Positions 9,224 through 22,250 of a stretch of DNA of 64,000 nucleotides are shown in pieces. The notes below the pieces were generated by a model. That model was given only the letters and a program-made list of their open reading frames with translations, was not told the DNA's origin and ran no database searches. Source of the DNA: Acidimicrobiia bacterium (GTDB lineage Bacteria; Actinomycetota; Acidimicrobiia; Spongiisociales; ZC4RG35). The stretch's first letter is position 1, and the number at the start of each line of letters is the position of its first letter. Location: assembly GCA_036374335.1 (NCBI GenBank), contig DASUUC010000100.1, forward strand, positions 5,368 through 69,367, given 5' to 3'. The position numbers and the translations under genes are program-made.

Positions 9224-11760
9224 GTCTCACCGAGTTTTGGAACCGATACGAGTTCGAACCCGATGACTTCCAACTCGAGGCGGCTGAGGCCATAGCCGCG
9301 GGGAAGTCGGTCGTGGTGACTGCGCCGACCGGAGCCGGGAAGACCCTGGTCGCCGAGGCCGCCACGTTCCTGGGGAGGTCGGAGGGGCGCCGTGTCTTCT
9401 ACACCACCCCAATCAAGGCACTCTCCAACCAGAAATTCGCCGACCTGTCGTCTGACTACCCGATCGGTGAGGTGGGTTTGCTCACCGGGGACAACGTGGT
9501 CAATCCCGACGCGCCGGTGATCGTGGCCACCCTCGAAGTGCTGCGCAACATGATCTACGCCGACCCTGACCGTCTCGACGACGTGGCTACCGTGATTCTC
9601 GACGAGGCCCATTACCTCCAGGACCCGTCACGGGGCGCCGCCTGGGAGGAGGTGATCATCCATTGTCCCTTCCACGTTCGCTTCGTCTGCCTCTCCGCGA
9701 CGATCTCCAACAATCGCCAGTTCGCCGATTGGGTCGAGGAGCGGAGAGGCCCGACGGAGCTGATCGCCAGCACCGAGCGGCCGGTGCCGCTCGAGTCGAT
9801 GTACATGGTCAAGGAACGCTCAGGAAGCCGCAGTCTCCACCTTCTCCCCAGCTTCGTCGAGCGGGATGGTCGTCGTCGCCCCAACCCGAGACTCGACCAC
9901 ATGCTCGGCCTCGAGAAGGGACGCCGCCGACGCTTCAAGACACCGAACCGGATCGAAACCGTCGAGGAGTTGGAGCGGTCGAAGATGCTGCCCGCCATCT
10001 ACTTCATCTTCTCCAGAGCAGGCTGCGATGCTGCCGCGCATCGCCTGGCCGAGTCCGGGATGCGGCTCACCGATGCCGAAGACCGCCGTGCGATCCGCCA
10101 GTTGGTCGAGGAGCGGACCGCTCACCTGACCGATGACGATCTCGGCGTGCTCGGCTACGAGCGATGGCTCACCGCCCTCGAATGTGGGGTGGCCGCCCAC
10201 CACGCCGGACTCGTCCCCGCCTTCAAGGAGACCGTCGAGGAGCTGTTCAAACGGGGGCTGATCCGCGTGGTGTTCGCCACTGAGACCTTGGCTCTCGGGA
10301 TCAACATGCCGGCCCGTTCGGTGGTGATCGAGAATCTGAGCAAGTTCAACGGTGAGTCGCACGAGCTGTTGCAGCCCGGGGACTACACCCAGCTGACCGG
10401 GCGAGCCGGCCGTCGTGGCATCGACGTCGAAGGCTTCGGGGTGGTCTTGCACTCACCGTTCGTGAAGTTCCGCCAGGTGACCGAGATCGCTTCGATCGGC
10501 GCCCACGAGCTCAGGTCGAGCTTCCGGCCGACGTACAACATGACTGCCAACCTCGTCGCCAACTACGACGAGGACCGAGCCATGGAGCTGCTGAGAGCCT
10601 CCTTTGCCGCGTTCCAGCGCAAAGACCGCAACGTCGAGGCCGATGAGCGGATCGAGGCACTGGAGCATCAACTGGAAAAGGAGGCCGCACAGGCGGTCTG
10701 TGACCGCGGCGACGTCGTGGAGTATCTCGCCATGGTCGAGGCTGCACCCGAATCGCATGGCGGAGATGGCATCGCATTGCTCACACCGGGAGATGTCCTC
10801 GACGTCCACGGCGGGGCGCGGGACGGTCGCTACGTGGTGCTCAAGCGGCTTTCGTCCAAGGACGGCGGGTCACGGTATCTCGTGCTTTCGACGTCGGGAC
10901 GGGTTTCCAGCCTGGGTCAACGCCAGATCCCCGAGCCCAGTGAGAAGGTGGGAGATATGGAGTTGCCCCGGCCGTTCCGCCCCAGGGATCGCCGTTTCAT
11001 CCAGCAGACCCTCCGCATTCTGCGCAAGGTCCCCCCCGGGCGCAGCGACCGGGCACCAAGAAGAGCCCGTTTGACCGTGGACCATCCGGTCGCCGAGTGC
11101 CCTGACGCGGCCCATCATGTATCGGCATTGCGCAGGGCTCGTCGCCTCACGATGAGGTTGGAGCAGCACCGCTCCATGCGTCGCACCTCTGGGTTCGGGC
11201 TTGTCGAGGAGTTCCAAGCGATCCAACGGCTTCTCGGGCGACTCGACTACCTGGATGGGTGGAGTCTCACCCCACGGGGAACCCGTCTCCGTCGGGTCTA
11301 CAATGAGGTCGACCTTCTCGTCACCGAAGCGGTGGAGCGCGGCATCCTCTACGGCCTGGAGATGCCGGAGTTGGTGGCTATCACGTCGGTGTTCGTGTAC
11401 GAGCCGCGGTCGGACAACGTCTCGACACCAGATTGGCCCAATGACCTCCTGGCGCAGCGCTGGGAGGACATAGAGCGTTTGTGGAGGGAGCTCAACGTTC
11501 TCGAGACCGAATACCGGCTGACGCCGATGCGACGACCCGACCCGGGTTTTGGCCGCGTGGCCTTCGAATGGGCCGGGGGAGCCTCGTTTGACGACCTCAC
11601 CTCCGGGCCCATGGCACCCGGTGACTTCGTGCGGGTCAGCCGCCAGCTCGCCGACCTGCTTCGACAGCTGAGAGACGCCGCCCCTGAGATGAGAGACGAG
11701 GCGGACGCCGCCCTCTGGGGGGTGGATCGTGGTGTGGTGGCAGCACAGGGAGTCGGGTAG
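9220..11760 (+). CDS. helY: Ski2-like DEAD/DEAH-box RNA helicase HelY
   Basis: Walker A APTGAGKT, DEAH box (ILDEAHY), SAT motif; ~846 aa; ATG 9220 overlaps tatC stop (ATGA). Track start 9193 is also possible. Confidence 0.88.
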   Translation: MSLTEFWNRYEFEPDDFQLEAAEAIAAGKSVVVTAPTGAGKTLVAEAATFLGRSEGRRVFYTTPIKALSNQKFADLSSDYPIGEVGLLTGDNVVNPDAPVIVATLEVLRNMIYADPDRLDDVATVILDEAHYLQDPSRGAAWEEVIIHCPFHVRFVCLSATISNNRQFADWVEERRGPTELIASTERPVPLESMYMVKERSGSRSLHLLPSFVERDGRRRPNPRLDHMLGLEKGRRRRFKTPNRIETVEELERSKMLPAIYFIFSRAGCDAAAHRLAESGMRLTDAEDRRAIRQLVEERTAHLTDDDLGVLGYERWLTALECGVAAHHAGLVPAFKETVEELFKRGLIRVVFATETLALGINMPARSVVIENLSKFNGESHELLQPGDYTQLTGRAGRRGIDVEGFGVVLHSPFVKFRQVTEIASIGAHELRSSFRPTYNMTANLVANYDEDRAMELLRASFAAFQRKDRNVEADERIEALEHQLEKEAAQAVCDRGDVVEYLAMVEAAPESHGGDGIALLTPGDVLDVHGGARDGRYVVLKRLSSKDGGSRYLVLSTSGRVSSLGQRQIPEPSEKVGDMELPRPFRPRDRRFIQQTLRILRKVPPGRSDRAPRRARLTVDHPVAECPDAAHHVSALRRARRLTMRLEQHRSMRRTSGFGLVEEFQAIQRLLGRLDYLDGWSLTPRGTRLRRVYNEVDLLVTEAVERGILYGLEMPELVAITSVFVYEPRSDNVSTPDWPNDLLAQRWEDIERLWRELNVLETEYRLTPMRRPDPGFGRVAFEWAGGASFDDLTSGPMAPGDFVRVSRQLADLLRQLRDAAPEMRDEADAALWGVDRGVVAAQGVG

Positions 11761-11766
11761 CCGCTG

Positions 11767-12651
11767 ATGGCCGAGTGGCATGTCATCGTCAATCCCATCG
11801 CCGGGAGACACGCGACGTCGCCAACGAAGGTGCAGGAGGCCCTCGACGCCGCAGGAGTGGATGCCCGCATCGAGACGCCGGCGACGCGATCTGAGGCGGA
11901 AGAGGTGATAAGAGCTGCTGTCAATGAGGGCTTGACGCATCTCGCGGTCGTGGGTGGTGACGGCAGTGTCAATCTGGCGGCCAACGTCGTCCTCGGGATG
12001 GATCCCGAGGAACCGCCAGTGTTGGGTGTCCTCCCAGCGGGGAGCGGCTGTGACCTCCTCAGGACCTTTGGGATTTCGCAGGATCTGGGCGAGGCGGCTC
12101 GGCATCTCGCCACAGAGGATGTGTACCCGATCGATGTGGGGACGCTCGAGGGCTCGTGGGGCACGAGGCACTTCGTGAACGTCGCCCAGGTTGGGGTCGG
12201 AGCGGCAGCGGCGGAAACCGCTCCGCGGCTCGGCCGTGGTCTGGGGTCCGCCCGCTATCCGATTGCATTCGCCGCTCGTTTGCCCAGGTTTCCCAGGGCC
12301 CGGGTCACCGTGGAGACCGAGCGCCGGACCTACGAGTCCGAGGCCCTCGCAGTGATCCTGGCCAACGCTCAATTCTTCGCGGGAGGGTGGAATATCGCTC
12401 CGAAAGCCACTCTCGTCGACGGAGTCCTCGATGTGCAGATCATCAACTGCGCAAAGCAGAGGGCAGCCGCCCTGGTTCCGAAGATAATTCGGGGGAACCA
12501 CCTCACAGATCGAGCGGTCAGAAGGTTCTCCGCGGCTACGTTCACCATCGAAACCGACGTTCCGTGGCCCCTGGAGGCGGATGGCGACTACGTCGGGAAT
12601 ACGCCGGTATCTGGTCGGGTTATCCCGGCCGCGCTACGTCTCAAAATCTGA
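11767..12651 (+). CDS. Diacylglycerol/lipid kinase family protein (DAGK catalytic domain)
   Basis: VIVNPIAG and GGDGS motifs of YegS/DagK-type kinases. Confidence 0.85.
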   Translation: MAEWHVIVNPIAGRHATSPTKVQEALDAAGVDARIETPATRSEAEEVIRAAVNEGLTHLAVVGGDGSVNLAANVVLGMDPEEPPVLGVLPAGSGCDLLRTFGISQDLGEAARHLATEDVYPIDVGTLEGSWGTRHFVNVAQVGVGAAAAETAPRLGRGLGSARYPIAFAARLPRFPRARVTVETERRTYESEALAVILANAQFFAGGWNIAPKATLVDGVLDVQIINCAKQRAAALVPKIIRGNHLTDRAVRRFSAATFTIETDVPWPLEADGDYVGNTPVSGRVIPAALRLKI

Positions 12652-12695
12652 GGAATGTGGCATACTCCCGCCCCGCGCGGGGGAGAAACCAGGAA

Positions 12696-13178
12696 ATGGC
12701 TGAGAAAGAAGCACCAACCGCAGAAGAAGAGATCGAAGATCTCGAAGACCTCGAAGATGTCGAAGATCTCGAAGATGTCGAAGACATCGACGAGGACGCG
12801 CTCGAAGAGGACCTGGACGAGGACCTCACCGTAATCGAGGACGACGATTTTGAAGAGGAAGACGATCTCCCCGCCGAAGACGAAGATCTCGAGGACGAAA
12901 ACGAAGACGAGGACGACGACCACGACGACGAGACGGCAGAGGCCCTTGAGGAACTCGAGAACCAGGAGCTGCAACTCCTCGACGAAGAGGCTAACGAGGC
13001 CATGCTCGTCGACGAAGTCGCCGAGCTCAGGGCGATGCGACGTGAGGAGTTGACCCTCAATGTCGACGCCCAGGGCCAGAAGGACGACGAATTCGTCTGC
13101 CAGTCCTGCTTCATGGTCAAGCGAACGAGCCAGCTCGCCAATAAGCGCAAGATGATCTGCTTCGACTGTGTCGACTAA
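12696..13178 (+). CDS. DUF4193-type acidic protein with C-terminal zinc ribbon
   Basis: ATG 12696 preceded by GGGAG; extremely acidic body, C-terminal CQSC...CFDC. The upstream part of track ORF 12156..13178 overlaps the lipid kinase and is rejected. Confidence 0.8.
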   Translation: MAEKEAPTAEEEIEDLEDLEDVEDLEDVEDIDEDALEEDLDEDLTVIEDDDFEEEDDLPAEDEDLEDENEDEDDDHDDETAEALEELENQELQLLDEEANEAMLVDEVAELRAMRREELTLNVDAQGQKDDEFVCQSCFMVKRTSQLANKRKMICFDCVD

Positions 13179-13904
13179 GTGCCCACTGAACCGGTCACTG
13201 TCGTCCTCCCGACCTACAACGAGCTAGAGAATCTTCCGCACATCGTCCCCGAGATCGTGGCCCACGGCTATCTCCTCCTCATCGTCGACGACAACTCCCC
13301 AGATGGCACGGGACGACTAGCGGACAGCCTGGCCGCCGACCTGCCCGGGGTCTCGGTGCTGCATCGTGTGAAGAAGTCCGGACTGGGTCCGGCTTATGCA
13401 GCAGGCTTCGACCAGGCTCTGTCCGATGGAGCGGCGACCATCATCGAGATGGACGCCGACTTTTCCCATGACCCGGGCGACCTTCCCCGCCTCGTAGCCG
13501 CTATCGAGGAAGGTGCCGATGTGGCGATTGGGTCGAGATACGTCCCGGGTGGCTCGACCCCGGATTGGCCCGCTCTACGCCAGATCATCTCAAAAGGGGG
13601 AAATCTCTACGCTCGCATCATGCTGGGGCTCCCTGTCCGAGACGCGACTGCGGGTTTTCGCGCCTATACCGCAAACGCCTTGCGACTCCTGCCCTATCGA
13701 GGTGCTCGGGCCTCCGGCTATGGGTTTCAGGTCGAGATGGCCTGGCGGGCCCACCAGGCCGGGATGAAGATCGTCGAGGTGCCGATCAGCTTCCGTGACC
13801 GTGCCAGAGGGACGTCGAAGATGGGCCTACCCATAGTTGTCGAAGCCATGTGGCTGGTGACATTGTGGGGCCTCGGTCGTCTATTCAAGACTTCACAGGG
13901 ATGA
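13179..13904 (+). CDS. ppm1: Polyprenol-phosphate mannosyltransferase (GT2, Ppm1/DPM1-like)
   Basis: VVLPTYNELENL and IVDDNSPDGT motifs. Confidence 0.85.
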   Translation: MPTEPVTVVLPTYNELENLPHIVPEIVAHGYLLLIVDDNSPDGTGRLADSLAADLPGVSVLHRVKKSGLGPAYAAGFDQALSDGAATIIEMDADFSHDPGDLPRLVAAIEEGADVAIGSRYVPGGSTPDWPALRQIISKGGNLYARIMLGLPVRDATAGFRAYTANALRLLPYRGARASGYGFQVEMAWRAHQAGMKIVEVPISFRDRARGTSKMGLPIVVEAMWLVTLWGLGRLFKTSQG

Positions 13905-14380
13905 CGGTCAGCGCCAGACAGGCTGCGACCGACGACATCGCGGTCCTGGAGTCTCTGTATCGCTCCCTCGAGCGGGAGATGATTGCACTGCATGCCATGT
14001 GGTCCTTGGCCGACGGGCTCGACGAGCCCGTCTCCCAGTCATTCGCAGATGCCCTTCACGACCCGGACACGATCGTCCTCATCGGCGAAATCGACGGGTA
14101 CCCCTTCGGCTTTCTCCTGGCCCGGGTGGAGCGGCTCCTCGCCCAGGCAGACGGTGAGCGGGTGGGAGCCATCCGGTTGATCTATGTCGATCAAGAGGCA
14201 CGTGAGGTGGCCCTGGGAGAGGAGATGAGAGATTTGGCTCTGCAGATTCTGCGGTCTCGGGGCATCACCAAATTCGACGCTCATGTTCTGCCAGGCCACC
14301 GACTCGCCAAAAACTTCTTCGAAGCGGGAGGATTCGCGGCACGCTCGATCATCATGTATCACGATGACGAACGAGGGTGA
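13901..14380 (+). CDS. GNAT family N-acetyltransferase
   Basis: ATGA overlap with upstream gene; acetyltransferase-like core ([19 protein letters not shown]). Confidence 0.72.
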   Translation: MTVSARQAATDDIAVLESLYRSLEREMIALHAMWSLADGLDEPVSQSFADALHDPDTIVLIGEIDGYPFGFLLARVERLLAQADGERVGAIRLIYVDQEAREVALGEEMRDLALQILRSRGITKFDAHVLPGHRLAKNFFEAGGFAARSIIMYHDDERG

Positions 14381-14768
14381 GCATAAGCACCCCATCGTGG
14401 GGGTCGGGGTTGCTCTAGTCGAAGACGGCCGGGTCCTGTTGGTCAAGAGGGGGCGCGATCCGGGACGTGGACTGTGGGCGGTGCCGGGGGGCAAGGTGCG
14501 ACATGGGGAGCGGATGCGGGACGCGGCGAGACGGGAGATGCGTGAAGAGACCGGTCTCGACGTGGAAGTGGGAAACGTCATCTGGGTGGGTGAGTACATC
14601 GAAGGGGACGATCACATCGTGCTGATCGACTTCGCCGGCCGGTTGATCGGCGGCGATCTCGAAGCTGCTGACGACGCCGACGAGGTGCAATGGGTGACCC
14701 TCGAAGAGGCTTCGGAATACCCCTTGACTCTGACCATGTACGAGCTGATGGATACCCTGCTCGCATGA
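14364..14768 (+). CDS. NUDIX hydrolase
   Basis: Nudix box [24 protein letters not shown]. Confidence 0.87.
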   Translation: MTNEGEHKHPIVGVGVALVEDGRVLLVKRGRDPGRGLWAVPGGKVRHGERMRDAARREMREETGLDVEVGNVIWVGEYIEGDDHIVLIDFAGRLIGGDLEAADDADEVQWVTLEEASEYPLTLTMYELMDTLLA

Positions 14769-16090
14769 GCACCGAGGTCGTAGAGCTCCTCCAGCAGCTG
14801 ATCCGAAACTCTTGTGTCAACGACGGCACCCGGGAGAGCGGCCACGAGTACCGCTCAGTGGAGACACTCGTCGACTATTTCGGTGTCCCGGGAGAGGTCT
14901 TCGAGCCGGCTCCGGGCCGGCAGTCTCTGGTCTACCGGGTGGAGGGCTCCGACCCGGAGGCGCCCTCATTGGGGCTGGCTCCACACCTCGATGTCGTCCC
15001 GGTCGACCCCTCGGGCTGGAGCCAGGACCCGTTCGGTGCGGAGATCGTCGACGGTTTCGTATACGGACGGGGAGCCGTCGACATGCTCAACGTGACCGCG
15101 GCCATGTCGGTGGCCGCCCGCCCCTACATCACCGGCGAGCTGCAGCCGAGAGGCGACCTGTTGTTCGTGGCCCTGGCCGACGAGGAAGCGGGCGGCGCTC
15201 TTGGTGCTCAGCCCTACACCGAGCAACGCTGGGACCAGGCGCAGGTCGAGTTCATGCTCACCGAGGTGGCCTACCCGCCGGTGTCATATGCCAGCGAACA
15301 GTCCATCCCGGTGGCCACCGGCGAGAAGGGCGCGTTTTGGTCGCTCCTGCGGGCCACGGGCACTCCCGGACACGGCTCGGCGCCCTACGGATCGGACAAC
15401 GCGCTCCGCAAGATGGTCGAGGCCGTCCATGGGATCTTCTCGGAATCCATGCCCGTGGTCATCACCCACGAGTGGGAAGAATTCGTGGCTTCACTCGACC
15501 TCCCCGACGACGTCAAAGAGGCGCTGGTCGATCCCGATCGGGTCGATGAGGCCATCGACACTTTCGCCGTCGACGACCCCCTCTTCGCCCGCTACGCGCA
15601 CGCCGTCACTCATTTGACCATCTCGCCGAACATGCTCAACGCGGGGATGAAATCGAATGTGATCGCCAGCCAGGCCAGTGCCAATATCGACATTCGGGCT
15701 CTTCCCGGCATCGACCGGTCGTTCGTCGACTCGTTCTTGTTCAAGGCAATGGGATCGGCGCGTGACGATGTCGACATCCAGTCGATCCAGGACTTCGAAT
15801 CGACCCTGAGCCCCACCGGCAACCCGCTGTGGGAGGCGATTGCCGACAGTGTCGAAGAAATCGAAGGTCACCGCCGGCTGCTCCCCACCATCATGAATGT
15901 GGCCACAGACGCCCGCTTCTGGCGGAAGAAAGGGGCTATCGCCTACGGTGTCGGTTTGTACGACGACCGGATGGATTTCTCGGAGATGCTGGCATTGTTC
16001 CACGGTCACGACGAGCGAGTTTCGGTGGACTCGGTCGGTCGTACAACGAATCTCTACTTCGAGATCCTCCGTCGTCTCCTCGGACCTTGA
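14765..16090 (+). CDS. M20 family metallopeptidase/deacylase
   Basis: ATGA overlap; HLDVVPVD...W..DPF motif and ADEEAGG metal-binding motif. Confidence 0.85.
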   Translation: MSTEVVELLQQLIRNSCVNDGTRESGHEYRSVETLVDYFGVPGEVFEPAPGRQSLVYRVEGSDPEAPSLGLAPHLDVVPVDPSGWSQDPFGAEIVDGFVYGRGAVDMLNVTAAMSVAARPYITGELQPRGDLLFVALADEEAGGALGAQPYTEQRWDQAQVEFMLTEVAYPPVSYASEQSIPVATGEKGAFWSLLRATGTPGHGSAPYGSDNALRKMVEAVHGIFSESMPVVITHEWEEFVASLDLPDDVKEALVDPDRVDEAIDTFAVDDPLFARYAHAVTHLTISPNMLNAGMKSNVIASQASANIDIRALPGIDRSFVDSFLFKAMGSARDDVDIQSIQDFESTLSPTGNPLWEAIADSVEEIEGHRRLLPTIMNVATDARFWRKKGAIAYGVGLYDDRMDFSEMLALFHGHDERVSVDSVGRTTNLYFEILRRLLGP

Positions 16091-16857
16091 CCGTTCTCTG
16101 CGATCTGGACGGTGTGGTTTACCGCGGCGGCATGGTCCTCCCTGGTGTGAAAGCGGCGCTGGAGCGCCTGGACGCTGCCAGCGTGCCGGTGTTGTTCATC
16201 ACCAACAACTCCACCCGAACACCACGTGCCACCGCGGAAAAGATCGCCGGGTTGACCGGCGTCCCGGTGGCCGCAGAGCAAGTCCTCACCTCGGCGCTGG
16301 CGGCGATGACTCTGCTCGATGGATCCGACGGCCCGGTCCTCATTGTCGGCGAGGAAGGCGTCAAGTCGGCGGTGGAGCAGGCCGGGCTCACGGTCACCGA
16401 AGACCCGCTATTGGCCAGGGCAGTTGTCGTTGGCCTCACCCGTTCACTGACCTATGAGCTCGTTGCCGCCGCAATGCAGGCGATCAGGGGCGGTGCCCGC
16501 TTCGTCGCCACCAACAATGACACCACCTTCCCCACAGAGGAGGGTCTCGCCCCGGGATGTGGAGCCATAGTCGCCGCGATCGCGGCGGCTTCCGGGGTCA
16601 CTCCAGAGGTGGCGGGCAAGCCCAACAAGCCAATGCGGGACCTGATTCGGTCGAAGGTGGACGGAGAGGCCTGGATAATCGGCGACCGTCTCGACACCGA
16701 CATCGCTCTCGCTGCCGGCGAGTCGGGTTGGCATTCGATACTGGTCCTCACCGGAGTCTCTGGTGATGAGGCGATCACCAATTCAGAAGCCGACTACGTG
16801 GTGGCTGACTTGCCGACGGCCGTAGATCTGGTTCTCGGGCACCTTCAGCAGTCATAA
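16087..16857 (+). CDS. HAD-IIA (NagD-like) phosphatase
   Basis: TTG start overlapping M20 stop (TTGA); DLDGVVY nucleophile motif, GKPN motif, GDRLDTDI motif. Confidence 0.8.
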   Translation: MTVLCDLDGVVYRGGMVLPGVKAALERLDAASVPVLFITNNSTRTPRATAEKIAGLTGVPVAAEQVLTSALAAMTLLDGSDGPVLIVGEEGVKSAVEQAGLTVTEDPLLARAVVVGLTRSLTYELVAAAMQAIRGGARFVATNNDTTFPTEEGLAPGCGAIVAAIAAASGVTPEVAGKPNKPMRDLIRSKVDGEAWIIGDRLDTDIALAAGESGWHSILVLTGVSGDEAITNSEADYVVADLPTAVDLVLGHLQQS

Positions 16858-16868
16858 TCAAAGACGAC

Positions 16869-17012
16869 ATGGATCTCTCCCCGGAACAGATCGAAGAAAT
16901 CAGCCAGGCCTTGGAGAAGCTCGAGACTCTCGACCCGGCCGACCTCCCCGCGCCCGCAGCCGAGCTGGTCACTCTCCTCAACAGCATCCTCGAAGAGACG
17001 GATGCCACGTGA
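16869..17012 (+). CDS. Small acidic hypothetical protein, 47 aa
   Basis: ATG-to-TGA ORF below the track cutoff; stop overlaps nadK GTG start; high GC3; a small ORF occupies the same position between the HAD phosphatase and nadK in mycobacteria (from memory). Confidence 0.45.
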   Translation: MDLSPEQIEEISQALEKLETLDPADLPAPAAELVTLLNSILEETDAT

Positions 17013-17785
17013 AGTATTCCCTCCACGTTCGTGCGGCAAGACCGGCCATGGCCGGGTTCGCCGAGCGGCTCAGCGATGAGATCGTGGCCAACGGCGGCAC
17101 CGTGCTCGAAGACCCCGATGCGAGCCCGGATATGGTTCTGGCCGTGGGCGGTGACGGGACGATGCTCGCCGCCGTGCAGAGTGCGGTGGACTGGGACGTC
17201 CCGGTGCTGGGATTCAACCTGGGCACCCTGGGTTTCCTCACCGAGGCCGAACCGGAGGATCTCTCCGCGGTGGTCAAGCGTTTGGAGAGCGGCGACTTCG
17301 ACGTCGACACCCGGCTCACCGTCTCCGCGTCGACAGGTAGGGCACAGGCATTCGGAATCAACGACGTGGTGGTCGAGAAGATAGACAGCACCCGTCTGGT
17401 GAGTCTCGAAGTGGTAATCGACGGCACCAAGTTCGCCACATATCGCGCCGATGGGCTAATCATCGCCACGCCGACCGGTTCCACGGCGTATTCGTTCTCA
17501 GCCGGCGGGCCTGTGGTCGACCCGCATGTCGCCGCGCTCGTGCTCACTCCGGTGGCCAGTCACTCGCTCTTCGACCGGCCCCTCGTGCTTCCCGCTGACG
17601 CCAGGCTCGACATCACTGTCCATCGCGACCGCCTGGTGCGGGTCAACGTGGACAAGACCGACCTCGGTCAGCTCAGCGAGGGGGAGACGGTCAAGATACG
17701 AAAAGGCGACCGTCCCGCCCGGTTCGTCACTTTCGGCACCACCAGTTTCCCGGGGTTGGTTCGCAGCAAGTTCGGGCTCGAATAG
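17009..17785 (+). CDS. nadK: NAD+ kinase
   Basis: GGDGTML motif, NxGxLGFL motif, TPTGSTAYS motif. Confidence 0.9.
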   Translation: MKYSLHVRAARPAMAGFAERLSDEIVANGGTVLEDPDASPDMVLAVGGDGTMLAAVQSAVDWDVPVLGFNLGTLGFLTEAEPEDLSAVVKRLESGDFDVDTRLTVSASTGRAQAFGINDVVVEKIDSTRLVSLEVVIDGTKFATYRADGLIIATPTGSTAYSFSAGGPVVDPHVAALVLTPVASHSLFDRPLVLPADARLDITVHRDRLVRVNVDKTDLGQLSEGETVKIRKGDRPARFVTFGTTSFPGLVRSKFGLE

Positions 17786-17793
17786 ATGGGGGA

Positions 17794-19392
17794 ATGATGC
17801 TGGAGCATCTCCGGGTAGCCAATCTCGGTGTCCTCGAAGACGCCGCCATCGACCCCTCACCAGGTTTCACCGTCATCACCGGTGAGACCGGCGCCGGGAA
17901 GACCCTGCTATTGGGGGGTCTACGCCTGATTCTCGGGGGCAAGGCCGACTCTGGTTCGGTCGGCCCCTTCGGCGAGCAGACCCAGATAGACGGTCTCTTC
18001 GAAGTGGGCGGGGCTGAGATGGGGGCGAGCAGGGTGGTTCCCCGCAACGGGCGGAGCAGGGCCCACCTGGAGGGAGCTATCGTCTCGGCGGGAGCCCTCC
18101 AAGACCGACTCGGTGCGCTCGTCGACATCGTGGGACAACACGACCAGATGTCGCTCATGAGACCATCTCACCTCCTCGAGCTCATCGACGGCACTCTCGA
18201 TGAAAGAGGCAGGACAGCGCGGGATGCCTACCGCACCGCGTGGGCAGGGCTACAGGATGCGCTCACCAGGCAACAGCAGTTGGGCGGGGACCCGATCACC
18301 CTCGCCCGTGAGCTCGACCTCACCCGCTACCAGGCCGGCGAGATCGCATCGGCAAGACTAGAGCCCGGTCTGGACGAACAGCTCGAGGTCGATGTCTCCC
18401 GGCTTCGCAACGTGGAGGAAATAAGGGAGCACCTCTCGGAGACGATGCGGCTCACCGAATCGATGGCGGACATGGCCGGAGAGCTGGTGTCGAGGCTGCG
18501 CAAGGCGACCGGGCTCGACCCTGCGTTGGGCGACCTGGCAGGCGAGGCCGAGGGGCTGGCTGCCGCGATCTCCGAGCTGACCCGCGAGTCGAGATCGTCA
18601 GCGGATCTATTGGAGGCCGACCCGGCCGGTCTCGTGGAGCTGGAGGGCCGGCTCACCGCCATTGGCGATCTCAAACGCAAGTACGGGCGCACTCTCGATG
18701 AAGTAATCGCCTATGGGACGGAGGCTTCGCGACGCGGCGCCGAGCTGCAGGCATTGATCGACGACGCCGACGAGATCGATGCCCGCATATCTCGAGCCCG
18801 TGCCGAGGTGCGAGCCAGATCCGAGGGATTGCACAAGTCGAGAGCCGTCGCCGCGGTGGAGGTGAGCAAGCAAATGCACTCCCATCTCGCGGATTTGGGG
18901 CTGGCAACGGCGCGGGTGTCGATCGAGGTCGAAGAAACCGAGCCCGGTCCCTCCGGCAACGATCGCATCGTCATGGAGTTTGCCTCGGACTCCCGTCTCG
19001 ATAGCGGAGATGTGGCGTCGGTTGCCTCCGGTGGCGAGCTGTCGCGATTGGTCCTTGCACTGCGCCTGGCCACCCGGAGCGAGGGAACCGCCACGCTGGT
19101 CTTTGACGAGGTCGACACGGGAATTGGTGGCAAGACCGCCCTGGCCATGGGTGTCAAGCTCGCCGAGCTGGCCAAATCGAGCCAGGTGCTCTGCGTCACC
19201 CACCTGCCCCAGGTGGCGGCGCACGCCGACACCCATTACCTGGTGGAACGTCCCGCAAACGGTGCTGCCCGCGTCCGTCTCCTGTTTGGTGGTGATCGTG
19301 TCGAGGAGATTGCGCGGATGCTCGCAGGTCTCCCCGAAAGCGAGGCAGGCCGGACGGCTGCTGCCGAGCTCCTCAAAGGAGCCGGGAAATGA
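17794..19392 (+). CDS. recN: DNA repair protein RecN
   Basis: N-terminal Walker A GETGAGKT, long coiled coil, C-terminal ASGGELSR signature and Walker B LVFDEVD. Confidence 0.92.
   Translation: MMLEHLRVANLGVLEDAAIDPSPGFTVITGETGAGKTLLLGGLRLILGGKADSGSVGPFGEQTQIDGLFEVGGAEMGASRVVPRNGRSRAHLEGAIVSAGALQDRLGALVDIVGQHDQMSLMRPSHLLELIDGTLDERGRTARDAYRTAWAGLQDALTRQQQLGGDPITLARELDLTRYQAGEIASARLEPGLDEQLEVDVSRLRNVEEIREHLSETMRLTESMADMAGELVSRLRKATGLDPALGDLAGEAEGLAAAISELTRESRSSADLLEADPAGLVELEGRLTAIGDLKRKYGRTLDEVIAYGTEASRRGAELQALIDDADEIDARISRARAEVRARSEGLHKSRAVAAVEVSKQMHSHLADLGLATARVSIEVEETEPGPSGNDRIVMEFASDSRLDSGDVASVASGGELSRLVLALRLATRSEGTATLVFDEVDTGIGGKTALAMGVKLAELAKSSQVLCVTHLPQVAAHADTHYLVERPANGAARVRLLFGGDRVEEIARMLAGLPESEAGRTAAAELLKGAGK

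Positions 19393-22246
<2,854 letters not shown>

Positions 22247-22250
<4 letters not shown>

Noticed and set aside
10870-12501. 543-aa minus-strand ORF
   Set aside because: It runs antisense to helY and the lipid kinase. Its composition is Arg/Pro/Gly-biased and no domain signature is present.
12156-12695. N-terminal extension of the DUF4193 ORF
   Set aside because: It overlaps the lipid kinase in another frame. ATG 12696 with an upstream GGGAG gives the expected acidic protein.
12732-12794. Possible non-coding tandem repeat or minisatellite
   Set aside because: It lies in frame within the DUF4193 coding sequence and encodes the acidic ED-repeat.
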